DNA from: Candidatus Binatia bacterium
Lineage (GTDB): Bacteria; Desulfobacterota; Binatia; Bin18
Length of the DNA: 40,982 nt
Direction of reading: 5' to 3'
Assembly: GCA_025057295.1 (NCBI GenBank)
Contig: JANWXO010000004.1
Span: forward strand, 1-40,982
This document shows positions 7,953-17,240 of the stretch, piece after piece. A model generated the notes under the pieces. The model did no database searches and was not told the origin of the DNA. It saw nothing but the letters and a program-made list of their open reading frames with translations. Each line of letters begins with the position of its first letter. Position 1 is the stretch's first letter. The translations under genes and the position numbers were made by a program.

Positions 7953-9665
7953 TTACATTCCCCCGCTCCCCCGCAGCAACTGCCCAGGATAACTGCCCGT
8001 GTGCTCTCCGTTACGGGTCAGCACCTGACCGTTGACGATGGTATAGTGCATCCCCTCGCACTTCTGGAACAGGCGCGGTCCGTTCCCTGGGAGATCGTAG
8101 ACCGTGTAGGGCGCTAACGGCCGGATGGTGTCTGGATCGAAGATCGCCAGGTCCGCAGCCATCCCCGGCCGGATCATGCCGCGGTCTTTCAGCCCGAGCG
8201 TCGCCGCCGGATAGGCAGCCAACACTTTGATCGCCTTCTCCAGGCTCATCGCCTTATTGTCCCGCACCCAGTGCCCCAGCAGATAGGAGGGGTAGCCGGT
8301 GTCGCAGATATACTGTACGTGCGCACCTCCGTCGGAGAGCGAAACGAGGGAATAGGGGTAGTTGATGATCTTGCAGACCGCACTCTCGTCGCCGTTGGCC
8401 AGCGGCGTGAGGAATTGGGTATCGAGATCCTCTTCCAACGACAGATCCATGAAAACGTCGAAGACATCTCTCCCCTGCGCCGCGGCGATTTCTGCAATGC
8501 TCTTGCCTACGAGGGGTTTGTTCTGCTCCAACTTGACCTCATGCACGTACATGAGATCCCAGCGTTTCGAGAAGGCGCGGGGGACCGGATCCTCGACCAG
8601 ATCGTAGCGGAGTTCGGTACGGATCTGCGGGTCGCGGAAACAGCGCTTGCGCTCTTCCACCGACAGGAAGTGAACTTTCTTCCAGTGGGGCATATCGTCG
8701 AAGATAGTAGCGATATTCTTCAGAGAGAAGCGGAACATGATAGGCCGGCAGCTCGCCTGAGGATAGAGCGGCAGCCCCTCGCGGAAGGCACTGTCGAGCT
8801 GTTCCATCAACTCCGCCCATAGCGTGGGCTGATCCCACTGATGAATCAATCCGATCCAGGTGGTCGGTAGTCTGGTCTCCTTGGCGATCGCCTTGAGCAG
8901 CGCGAGGTCCCGCTCCCGTTCCGACTTGTCCTTCTCGTAAATCAACACCCGCGGGTTGAACTCGAAGAACCCGTGGCCAAACTCGCCGACCGCTTTACAG
9001 ACCTCAAAGAGCTCCTCGTCCTCCGCGACCTTTCCGGGCATGGGCTCGCCGTGGTCACCGACCTGGACCGGCGAACGAGACACGGATAACCCGGCAGCCC
9101 CCGCACGCATGCCCTGGCGGACCAGCTCCTTCATCTGCTCCACTTCAGCACGCGTGGCCGGACGCTCGACGGCATCCAGTCCCATCACGTAGAGGCGGAT
9201 CGGCGAGTGCCCCATGAGGGCGACCAGGTTGAGCGCCGGCCGCACGCGTTCGACGGCGTCGAGATACTCAGGAAAGGTGGTCCAGGTCCACGGCACCCCC
9301 TTTTCCAGGGTCTCCATGCTGACCCCTTCCACCCGCGAGAAGATGTGCATGAGGGGCTCGCGATGCTCGGGCTTGCAGGGGGCAAAGGCGAGGCCACAGT
9401 TCCCCATCACCAGCGTCGTCACCCCGTGCCAACACGACGAGGTGAGCAGCGGGTCCCAAAAGACCTGGGCGTCATAGTGAGTATGGACGTCCACAAACCC
9501 AGGAGCAACGGCAAGACCATCAGCATCGATCACCTCCGGTGCATCACCATCGATGTCTCCGACGGCGACGATGCGTCTCCCCTTGACCGCGATATTCCCC
9601 ATGTAGCTCTCTGCCCCTGACCCGTCGTAGATACGCCCGTTCTTGACCAGTAAATCACAGCGCAT
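7953..9665 (-). CDS. N-acyl-D-amino-acid deacylase family amidohydrolase
   Basis: MRCDLLVKNGRIYDGSG, APGFVDVHTHYD, GVTTLVMGNCG, SDGGAH, GMAADLAIFDP. GGAGG RBS. Confidence 0.9.
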   Translation of the reverse strand: MRCDLLVKNGRIYDGSGAESYMGNIAVKGRRIVAVGDIDGDAPEVIDADGLAVAPGFVDVHTHYDAQVFWDPLLTSSCWHGVTTLVMGNCGLAFAPCKPEHREPLMHIFSRVEGVSMETLEKGVPWTWTTFPEYLDAVERVRPALNLVALMGHSPIRLYVMGLDAVERPATRAEVEQMKELVRQGMRAGAAGLSVSRSPVQVGDHGEPMPGKVAEDEELFEVCKAVGEFGHGFFEFNPRVLIYEKDKSERERDLALLKAIAKETRLPTTWIGLIHQWDQPTLWAELMEQLDSAFREGLPLYPQASCRPIMFRFSLKNIATIFDDMPHWKKVHFLSVEERKRCFRDPQIRTELRYDLVEDPVPRAFSKRWDLMYVHEVKLEQNKPLVGKSIAEIAAAQGRDVFDVFMDLSLEEDLDTQFLTPLANGDESAVCKIINYPYSLVSLSDGGAHVQYICDTGYPSYLLGHWVRDNKAMSLEKAIKVLAAYPAATLGLKDRGMIRPGMAADLAIFDPDTIRPLAPYTVYDLPGNGPRLFQKCEGMHYTIVNGQVLTRNGEHTGSYPGQLLRGSGGM

Positions 9666-9708
9666 ACCTATCCCTCCTTTCTTCTGCGTCCTGTCCGTGC
9701 GTCCCAGC

Positions 9709-10140
9709 CTACATCTCCGGCGGGGCAAAGATGGTAAAGCCGAAAAACGGCTCGTCGCCCGTGCGCAATGTGTGCGGCGCCCCGGCGGGGATCATCAACA
9801 GGTCTCCAGCTTTGATCTCCTGCTCCTTCCCCGAGACGCGGGCTGTCGCCTTCCCTTCGATCACGTAAATGAGCTGGTCACCTTTGTGGGTGTTTTCGCG
9901 ATCGCCGCGATACCCCGCCGGTAAGGTGAACACGCCGGTCTGGCTATGGGGGGTGTTCTGCAAAATCTCGAAGGTCTTCCCCTTGTGCTCGAACACGTTC
10001 ACCACGTCCAGGCCGTCCTTCACCGCGCGCAGTTGCGGACCGCCCAGTTCTTTCATCTGTTCCTCGAAGAGTTCGTCGGAAATCAACCCTTTCCGGTACG
10101 CTTTGAGCACCTGCTGGATTTCAAATGTGCGTGTCGCCAT
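9709..10140 (-). CDS. Cupin-2 domain protein with short N-terminal helical extension
   Basis: Cupin motifs HKGDQLIYVIEG and GDLLMIPAGAPH. AGGAGG RBS before MATRT. Confidence 0.85.
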   Translation of the reverse strand: MATRTFEIQQVLKAYRKGLISDELFEEQMKELGGPQLRAVKDGLDVVNVFEHKGKTFEILQNTPHSQTGVFTLPAGYRGDRENTHKGDQLIYVIEGKATARVSGKEQEIKAGDLLMIPAGAPHTLRTGDEPFFGFTIFAPPEM

Positions 10141-10346
10141 ACTGTCCTCCTTTCTCTTCGCTGGCCGTGCTGTGGCTGAGGAAGAGGCAGCGTCGGACCG
10201 GAATGCTGCCGCACGTCTCGCCATAGTCCCGTCGGGGAGGAAAAGTCAAGGGTGTGTGCTCGACCACGTTCCCTCTGGTTCCCGTCCCGCTACGGACGAT
10301 ACAGCGTTCCTGTTCGCGCGCAACGGTCTCGTCAGCATGGCTCGCA

Positions 10347-12296
10347 TCACCGATTCAGCCACCAGATCGCGGAGTTCAGGATGGCGGCAAAGGCACTCCA
10401 CAACAGGTAGGGTAACAGCAGCGCCGCCGCGAAGCGCGAGAGGCGCCAAAACGCGTGCGTCGTGGCTGTGAGAACGGCCAGCAAGACGAGGAGGGTAAGC
10501 AATGCCAGGCCGGGACGCTGGAGCGCAAAAAAACACCCCGACCAGGCAACGTTCAAGCCGAGCTGCACCCCGAACAGAGTCAGCGCCTCGCGGCGCCTCG
10601 GCCCTTCGGTGCGCCAGACCACCCATGCGGCGACAGCCATCATCAGGTACAGCACGGACCAAACCGGTCTGAACACCCAATCGGGCGGTGTCCATGACGG
10701 CTTGGCGAGAGTCTGGTACCAGCCAGACACAGACGAAGCCGTCAACAGGCTCGCCACCCCGGCTGCGGCGAAGCAGAGAACGAGCAACACGAGCAGGGCG
10801 GCAAGCTGAGTGCGGATCGGGCGCTGCACGGGCATCGCTGGCGGTGGGTCATGCACGCGCTCAGCGTGCGCCGCGATGCCTCGCAGCATGCCGCGAAAGA
10901 CCAGCTGGTGCAGGGGGTACACGGCGTACCAGTAAGCACGACCGAGCAAGCCGATTGGATCGTACTCCGCCGTCTGGCGGATGCGCGCGCCAGCAGCTCC
11001 TTGGCTGGTGACCTCGAATTCCAGCCACGCACGACCGGGCAACTTCATTTCGGCAGCGAGGCGGAGCCGCCGGTGCGGCTCGATCGCCTCGACCCGCCAG
11101 CAATCGAGCGTATCGCCCACACGCAGATGCTCGGGATCGCGCCGGCCGCGCCGCATGCCGACACCACCGACCAAGAGGTCCAACATGCCTCGCAGCTGCC
11201 ACAGCCAGTCGGCGAAATACCAGCCGGTCGCGCCACCAATGCGTTCTATCGCCTGAAACGCGCGATCCGCCGGCACCCTCACGTCGATCACGCGCGAATC
11301 GATCACGCGCGAACCGAAGCGCACCCCGAACCAACTCCGCGTCGTCCCGCTCGCTGAGAGCGCATCAGACCAGCGAGTCTCCGCAAGCTCTGCATCCTCG
11401 TTGCGTATCGCAGCCGCGATCGCTTCGCGAAACCCGCACGGCCGTATGGGGAACGCCATCAGCGCCGATGCGTCGTTGACTACCGTCGGATACCGAATGC
11501 TGTCGATCAGCTTGCGACCCACTCGCGCGTACACCGGCGTCACCAATCCGAGCCACAGACTGGACAGGCGGGGCGTGAGCACGGGCACGGGGATGATCCA
11601 CCGTCTCAAGCCGCGTTGCTCGGCATAGGCGCGCATCAATTCTCCGTAGGAAGCGCGATCCGCACCGCCGATCTCGAATATCCGACTCGCCGTCAGGGGG
11701 AAATCGAGCGCTGCCATCAGGTAGGCAATCAGATCAGTGATCCCGATCGGCTGTGCGGGCACCGCGACCCAACGGGGGGCGAGCATCACCGGCAGGCGTT
11801 CGACCAGCGCCCGAATCAACTCGAACGACAGACTCCCCGACCCGATCACGATCGACGCCCGGAATTCGAGGACCGGAACCCCACTGGCGCGGAGGATCTC
11901 CCCGACCTCGTGGCGGCTACGCAGATGGGCCGAAAGCCGGCTACTGCTGTCGCCCAACCCTCCCAGATAGATGATCCGTGCCACTCCCGCAGCACGCGCA
12001 GCTTCGCCAAAGTGTAACGCTCCGCGTCGGTCTTCCACCTCGAACTGCCCCGACGACCCCATGGAATGGACCAAATAGTAGGCGGTCGTCACGCCGGTCA
12101 TTGCTGCACGCAGCGCAACCGGGTCGAGGACATCGCCGCGGACAACCTCTGTGGTGGGACCTACCCGATCCCTCAGGAACTCGGGCCGTCGTGCCAGGCA
12201 CCGCACTCGGTGCCCAGCGTTCTCCAGCGCACGCAGGAGTCGCCCTCCGACGTAGCCGGTCGCGCCGGTCAGTAAAATCAACGGCTGTGACTGCAC
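10347..12296 (-). CDS. Atypical SDR / NAD(P)H-binding (YbjT-like) + DUF2867 + C-terminal TspO/MBR fusion protein
   Basis: LTGATGYVGG Rossmann motif; AEMKLPGRAWLEF and YWYAVYPLH (DUF2867); WYQTLAKPSWTPPDWVFRPVWSVLY and LLLPYLLWSAFAAILN (TspO). One continuous 649 aa frame. Confidence 0.85.
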   Translation of the reverse strand: MQSQPLILLTGATGYVGGRLLRALENAGHRVRCLARRPEFLRDRVGPTTEVVRGDVLDPVALRAAMTGVTTAYYLVHSMGSSGQFEVEDRRGALHFGEAARAAGVARIIYLGGLGDSSSRLSAHLRSRHEVGEILRASGVPVLEFRASIVIGSGSLSFELIRALVERLPVMLAPRWVAVPAQPIGITDLIAYLMAALDFPLTASRIFEIGGADRASYGELMRAYAEQRGLRRWIIPVPVLTPRLSSLWLGLVTPVYARVGRKLIDSIRYPTVVNDASALMAFPIRPCGFREAIAAAIRNEDAELAETRWSDALSASGTTRSWFGVRFGSRVIDSRVIDVRVPADRAFQAIERIGGATGWYFADWLWQLRGMLDLLVGGVGMRRGRRDPEHLRVGDTLDCWRVEAIEPHRRLRLAAEMKLPGRAWLEFEVTSQGAAGARIRQTAEYDPIGLLGRAYWYAVYPLHQLVFRGMLRGIAAHAERVHDPPPAMPVQRPIRTQLAALLVLLVLCFAAAGVASLLTASSVSGWYQTLAKPSWTPPDWVFRPVWSVLYLMMAVAAWVVWRTEGPRRREALTLFGVQLGLNVAWSGCFFALQRPGLALLTLLVLLAVLTATTHAFWRLSRFAAALLLPYLLWSAFAAILNSAIWWLNR

Positions 12297-12428
12297 CTGC
12301 CCTCAGGTTTCAGAGATGACCGAAACGACCAGACAATTTGAGTAGCCGCCGCTGGGAAAAGACCTCCGGCCATCTTTCCCGCCTCCGACAGCGCGCCACA
12401 CCAAGGTCGTACCACACGTTACGCGCAA

Positions 12429-12830
12429 TTAGCTGGTTACGGCGGGAACCTGCGTCGTGCAATAGGCACAGCGTCGAGCTGCCAGCGGAATCTCGCTCAG
12501 ACATTCCGGGCAGGGTCGGGTGGTGGGTTGCGGTGGTTGCGCAGACTGCAGATGCGCCAGAAGACGATTCATGGGGACCACGATGACAAAGTACACCACC
12601 GCCGCCGTCATCAGAAACGAGAGGACATCGTTCAAGATATTGCCCCACAAGATCGGTCCGGTCCGAATCTCCGAAAAGTCCGGCACTCCGCCCATAAGGG
12701 CAATGAGGGGGGTGACCAGATTTTTCACGACAGAGTTGACCACCGCCCCGAAAGCAACTCCCATCACCACACCCACGGCCAAGTCGACAACATTGCCCCG
12801 TAGAATAAAATCACGAAAACCCTTGAGCAT
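12429..12830 (-). CDS. mscL: Large-conductance mechanosensitive channel with C-terminal zinc ribbon
   Basis: MLKGFRDFILRGNVVDLAVGVVMGVAFGAVV. Tail CPECLSEIPLAARRCAYCT. Confidence 0.93.
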   Translation of the reverse strand: MLKGFRDFILRGNVVDLAVGVVMGVAFGAVVNSVVKNLVTPLIALMGGVPDFSEIRTGPILWGNILNDVLSFLMTAAVVYFVIVVPMNRLLAHLQSAQPPQPTTRPCPECLSEIPLAARRCAYCTTQVPAVTS

Positions 12831-13153
12831 CAGTCGCCCCCTCCCGTATAGATTTCCTCCGGTCCAGTGCCCCTCACTCTGGTTCGCTATTATACGCCTT
12901 ACCGGAATCTGTTCTACCTGAGCGAGGAACACCACCGACGAATCGAGGTTGCTGAGCATTCTTCACGGGAGCATCGCTACGCTGGATAGCCATATCGTTC
13001 AGCGGTATAGTAGTGGCTCGGACCTGAATAGGAGCATCACCTGATGGTGCAAACACAGGAACAAGGTCTTTCGCTTGTCACTCCAGGATCGGTACGAGAG
13101 CACGGCGGAGGATTCCTCTACCGTCATTCCCCCTGTTCGCCTCAGGAGCACTC

Positions 13154-13885
13154 GTGGACGCACTGAAACGAGCTGCTGCTCTCGCCGCAGTCGATCAAGT
13201 AGAAAGCGGGATGGTGGTCGGCCTCGGATCCGGCACGACCGCAGCGTTCGCCATTCAGGCCCTCGGGGAACGTGTGCGCCAGGGTCGCCTGCGCATCGTC
13301 GGCGTCCCAACTTCCTACGACACCCGTACGCTCGCCAAGGCTTGTGGCATCCCGTTATGCGACACGATAGATATCGATCGTATCGACATCACGATCGACG
13401 GCGCGGACGAAGTGGACCCGGCGGGGAACCTGATCAAGGGCGGAGGGGGAGCGCACGTCATGGAGAAGCTGGTCGCCGCCCTGGCGCGACGGTTCATCGT
13501 CATTGTCGACGAAAGCAAGCTGGTGCCGATTTTGGGAGGCCGGAACTACCCGGTCCCGGTCGAAGTGATCGCGCCGGCGCTCCCGTTCGTTACGCGCTGT
13601 GTCCAGGAACTAGGGGGCAAAGCGACGATCCGCAACGGGTCGGGCAAGCTCGGTCCTGTGATTTCCGACCTGGGCCACCCCATTGTGAACGTCGATTTCG
13701 GCCCTATTGCCGACCCACTACGTCTGAGTCGACAACTCGACAGCATCCCCGGCGTGGTCGGCCATGGCCTGTTTATCGGCATGTGCGATCAAGTCATTGT
13801 CGGACGATCACCAGCCGAGAGCCCGAAAGTCGAGGTTCGACCTTTCCCCAGAACCGTGCGGTACAGCGGCGGAGAATGGCTATGA
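13154..13885 (+). CDS. rpiA: Ribose-5-phosphate isomerase A
   Basis: GLGSGTT, DGADEVD, LIKGGGGA, PVPVEV, IPGVVGHGLF. AGGAG RBS. Confidence 0.96.
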   Translation: MDALKRAAALAAVDQVESGMVVGLGSGTTAAFAIQALGERVRQGRLRIVGVPTSYDTRTLAKACGIPLCDTIDIDRIDITIDGADEVDPAGNLIKGGGGAHVMEKLVAALARRFIVIVDESKLVPILGGRNYPVPVEVIAPALPFVTRCVQELGGKATIRNGSGKLGPVISDLGHPIVNVDFGPIADPLRLSRQLDSIPGVVGHGLFIGMCDQVIVGRSPAESPKVEVRPFPRTVRYSGGEWL

Positions 13886-14329
13886 CAGCGTGCGCTCTGC
13901 ATGCGGTCGCGGGACGAGTGTGGCCGTCCCAACGATCACCCGGTCACCGTGCTGATTCTCGACCACGACGTCACAGTGGATCGTGGCAACCCCGTCCCTC
14001 TCTCCTTTCTCCGTCACCGTGCCCCAAAACGCGAGGGTGTCGCCGTGGCCGACAGGGGTACGAAAGCTGACCTGAAAGTTCCGTAGCCGCCAGCCTGGGA
14101 AGGAATCGGTCAATAACTTCGCCAGCAGGGTTGCGGTGAGGGGGCCGGGGACGATGGGTCGGTGAAACCCCATCTGAGTGGCGCGCTCGGCCTTGAGGAA
14201 GCGCTCGTCCGTCAAGCTGGTCACCGCAGCGTACCGCTGCACGTCTGCCAGGGTCAGAGTCCGGGTCAGCGGTCCGATCTCATCCCCGATCTCGATTGCG
14301 CTCAACGGTTTTGGCGTGCTGTCTGGCAT
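13880..14329 (-). CDS. MaoC family (hotdog) dehydratase
   Basis: IEIGDEIGP...GFHRPIVPGPL...FRTPVGHGDTL hotdog pattern. The canonical D-x4-H pair is not evident. Confidence 0.8.
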   Translation of the reverse strand: MPDSTPKPLSAIEIGDEIGPLTRTLTLADVQRYAAVTSLTDERFLKAERATQMGFHRPIVPGPLTATLLAKLLTDSFPGWRLRNFQVSFRTPVGHGDTLAFWGTVTEKGERDGVATIHCDVVVENQHGDRVIVGTATLVPRPHAERTLS

Positions 14330-14341
14330 ATGTGAAGCGAG

Positions 14342-14797
14342 TTAAATCTTTTTTTCCGGTGACCGGATAATCTGACGTTCGCGCAAGACGACCACCGGAG
14401 AGCCGGCGGCGTTGCGGATCGTCATCTCTCGCACGATCACCCCTAACGGGCCACTGCGCCCAGTTTTTTCGTACACCTCGGTCACTTTAGCAGTTGCCGT
14501 ATACGTCTGACCGGCAAGGATCTCGTCGTAGAATTCCAGCTCTTGTCCGGCATGGAGACTCACCATGCCCGGGGGGAGCGGCACCTCGGGGAGCATGCGT
14601 CCGCCACGCAGGTGCATACAGAAGGTGGGAGGAGCGATGACCTCGGGATATCCAGCCTGACGGGCCGCTGCCCGATCGAGGTACAAGGGGTTGAGGTCTC
14701 CGACCGCCTCCGCAAAGGCACGAATCGCTTCCGCGGTAACAGGGAAAGTTCCTAGTTCCACCTCTTTGCCGAGCAGCTGAGGATCGAAATGTATCAC
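14342..14797 (-). CDS. MaoC/FAS1-like dehydratase N-terminal family (HadA-like hotdog)
   Basis: IRAFAEAVGDLNPLYLD...IAPPTF...LHAGQELEF. GTG start at 14797 (GAGGGG RBS) or 14806 (overlapping the upstream stop). Confidence 0.82.
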   Translation of the reverse strand: MIHFDPQLLGKEVELGTFPVTAEAIRAFAEAVGDLNPLYLDRAAARQAGYPEVIAPPTFCMHLRGGRMLPEVPLPPGMVSLHAGQELEFYDEILAGQTYTATAKVTEVYEKTGRSGPLGVIVREMTIRNAAGSPVVVLRERQIIRSPEKKI

Positions 14798-14802
14798 GTG
14801 GA

Positions 14803-15594
14803 TCACCCCTCTAGCGCTATCCTGCCGTACCCGACAAGCAACCCAAAACCGATCAACGCCAGGCCAGCGACTTTGCTGACCGTCACGCCGTACGGGAGCA
14901 GCTTTTCCACGAAAATGACGGTGGCGAGCACTCCCATCCACACGAGGTTCATCGTGCCGACGACGAACAGCACCACCATCAAGCTCCAGCAGCATCCCAA
15001 GCAGTAAGCGCCATGCTGGAGTCCCATGCGGAAAGCACCCAGGCTCCCGTCGCGCCAGTTGGACAACAGAAAGCCCAGCGGAGAGCGACACTGTGACAAG
15101 CAGCGGTCTTTGAGCGGGGTGAGCTGGTAGAGACCAGCAGCCACGAGCGTGCCCCCGGCAATGACCTGCGCGTAGGTCTGCAACACCGGAAAGGTGCGTG
15201 GCAGGGACTGAATGGCCAGGTCTGCTGCATATGCAACCCCCCCGGTGAGAGTCCACAGCACGATATAGCCGCTGACAAACACCCACGAAGGCGTCCACGG
15301 CAGCCCCTGTTCTTGCTGGCGGCGGGCAATGGTGCGGCAGAGTCCTGCCAGCGGTGCCGTTGCCGGCAGCATCATCGCCATCATCATGACTCCCCACAAC
15401 GCCACGTACAGCAGCCCATTCGTCAGAGAAAAGGGCGTTCCCATGGTCATGCTACAGGTCACCAGCCCCCACCCCATACTCCCGGCTTGATAAATCGTCG
15501 CAGCCCACGCAAGCCCAGAGAGCAGCAGCAGGGCACACAGCACCACCACGTGGTCACGGTGCCAGGCTGCGGTGATGGAGTCCGAACGTTCCAT
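14803..15594 (-). CDS. DUF2182 family predicted metal-binding integral membrane protein
   Basis: WGVMMMAMMLP, GLYQLTPLKDRCLSQCRSP, YCLGCCWSLM, GTMNLVWM, FVEKL. Confidence 0.88.
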   Translation of the reverse strand: MERSDSITAAWHRDHVVVLCALLLLSGLAWAATIYQAGSMGWGLVTCSMTMGTPFSLTNGLLYVALWGVMMMAMMLPATAPLAGLCRTIARRQQEQGLPWTPSWVFVSGYIVLWTLTGGVAYAADLAIQSLPRTFPVLQTYAQVIAGGTLVAAGLYQLTPLKDRCLSQCRSPLGFLLSNWRDGSLGAFRMGLQHGAYCLGCCWSLMVVLFVVGTMNLVWMGVLATVIFVEKLLPYGVTVSKVAGLALIGFGLLVGYGRIALEG

Positions 15595-15677
15595 AGGAAA
15601 CGTGCTGTGGGGAAGAGGGCGTCCCGGCAGAGGGGACCCCCTCCATCGACGCGAGACGGAGAGTGCACCGACACGCC

Positions 15678-15962
15678 CTACGAGGCGATCTTGTCGTAGA
15701 ACTCGAGAACCGGCGCACCGTCGAGCAAGGCAGCGAGGTTGACACCCAGCTGGCCCAAGTGTTTCCGATGCTCGTCGAACGCCGCCTGGTCCACATACTC
15801 TTCGTAGAACAAAAAGACACGGGGATTGTCTTTGGAACGGCACATCACATAGGCCCGGTTCCCCGGCTCCTTGCGCACCTCGGGAACAACTCTCTTCATC
15901 GTTTCCTCGAACTCTTGTTCTTTCCCCGCTTTGATCGTCAGCTTGGCAGTGAGCGTGACCAT
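15678..15962 (-). CDS. Antibiotic biosynthesis monooxygenase (ABM/YgiN-like) protein
   Basis: 94 aa, VRKEPGNRAY...FLFYEEYVDQAAFDEH. AGGAGG RBS. Confidence 0.85.
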   Translation of the reverse strand: MVTLTAKLTIKAGKEQEFEETMKRVVPEVRKEPGNRAYVMCRSKDNPRVFLFYEEYVDQAAFDEHRKHLGQLGVNLAALLDGAPVLEFYDKIAS

Positions 15963-16092
15963 GACGCGCGCCTCCTTCCTTTCTGGCAAGATACCCTCTC
16001 TTGTGCCTGACTGCCGTTGGTTTGGCAACTCCGCAGTTGCACGCGGGCGAGCCCGAGGATATCTCTCAAGAAAACCTGACCGAGGAGCGCCT

Positions 16093-17187
16093 ATGAAAGC
16101 CGCGGTACTGTACAAGGTTGGTGAACCATTAGTGATCGACGAGCTCACCCTCGATCCGCCGAAAGCGGGCGAAGTCAGGGTGCGGGTGGCCGCAAACGGG
16201 GCGTGTCACAGTGACCTCCACGTGATGACAGGGGATATGCGCATGCCGCTGCCGATCGTCCTCGGCCACGAAGGGGCAGGGATCGTCACCGAGGTCGGTC
16301 CTGGGGTGACGTCGGTCCGCGAAGGAGATCACGTGGTGTTATCGTTCGCTCCCACCTGCGGCGTGTGTTCCTTCTGCACCCAAGGATACCCGCACCTGTG
16401 CGAAACCAGACCCAAAACGCTCGGGACCCTGCTGGACGGCACCACGCGCTTGCATAAAAACGGGACAGATGTGTTCCACTTCGCCTTTACCGCCTCGTTT
16501 GCTGAGGAAACGGTCGTGCCGGAAAGCTGTGCGATCAAAATCCGCCCCGACGTGCCGCTCGACCGCGCCTGCTTCGTCGGCTGCGGCACCATGACCGGCA
16601 TCGGCGCCGCGATCAACACCGCCAGAGTGCAGCCGGGCAGCTCCGTGGCCGTGCTCGGTTGTGGCGGCGTGGGTCTCAATGTGATTCAAGGGGCAGCTCT
16701 TGCCGGTGCACGGCAAATCATCGCCGTTGACCTCGTCCCCCAGAAGCTCGACCTCGCCAAAGTGTTTGGTGCGACCCACTGTGTCAACCCGACCCAGGAT
16801 GACCCCCTCACAGCCGTGATGGACCTGACCGGAGGACGCGGGGTGGACTACGCCTTCGAGGTGATCAGCACGCCCAAGACCATCGAGCTGGCATTCAAAA
16901 TGACGGCCCGGAGGGGAGTCTGTACGATCGTCGGCGTGTCGCCCGAAGGGGCGCGCATCTCGCTCAATCCCAACGTGTTCACCATGACGGAAAAACGCCT
17001 GCAGGGATCGTATTACGGCTCGACCCGCCCGCGTATCGATATGCCGCGCCTGCTCGATCTGTATATGGAGGGCAAGATCAAAATCGACGAACTCGTGTCG
17101 CGCACGTTTCCCCTCGAAGGGGTCAACGAGGCGTATGACCTGCTCAGGCAGGGCAGTGTGGCGCGCAGCGTGATCAAGTTTTTCTAG
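16093..17187 (+). CDS. Zn-dependent alcohol dehydrogenase (class III-like)
   Basis: GACHSD, GHEGAG, structural Zn motif CGVCSFC...LC, GCGGVG. GAGGAG RBS. Confidence 0.93.
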   Translation: MKAAVLYKVGEPLVIDELTLDPPKAGEVRVRVAANGACHSDLHVMTGDMRMPLPIVLGHEGAGIVTEVGPGVTSVREGDHVVLSFAPTCGVCSFCTQGYPHLCETRPKTLGTLLDGTTRLHKNGTDVFHFAFTASFAEETVVPESCAIKIRPDVPLDRACFVGCGTMTGIGAAINTARVQPGSSVAVLGCGGVGLNVIQGAALAGARQIIAVDLVPQKLDLAKVFGATHCVNPTQDDPLTAVMDLTGGRGVDYAFEVISTPKTIELAFKMTARRGVCTIVGVSPEGARISLNPNVFTMTEKRLQGSYYGSTRPRIDMPRLLDLYMEGKIKIDELVSRTFPLEGVNEAYDLLRQGSVARSVIKFF

Positions 17188-17240
17188 CCGATGTCCGTGC
17201 CGGAGCGCCGCTCAGGCAGTGCACCTGCTCACGGCAGTGC

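Noticed and set aside
12900-13150. Intergenic stretch between divergent mscL and rpiA as a possible small gene or ncRNA
   Set aside because: No convincing ORF, RBS or structure. Only a TATAAT on the minus strand at 12889-12894, without a good -35.
14807-15397. Apparent 200 aa N-terminal extension of the HadA-like dehydratase
   Set aside because: It overlaps DUF2182 in another frame and is not protein-like; the real start is near 14797-14806.
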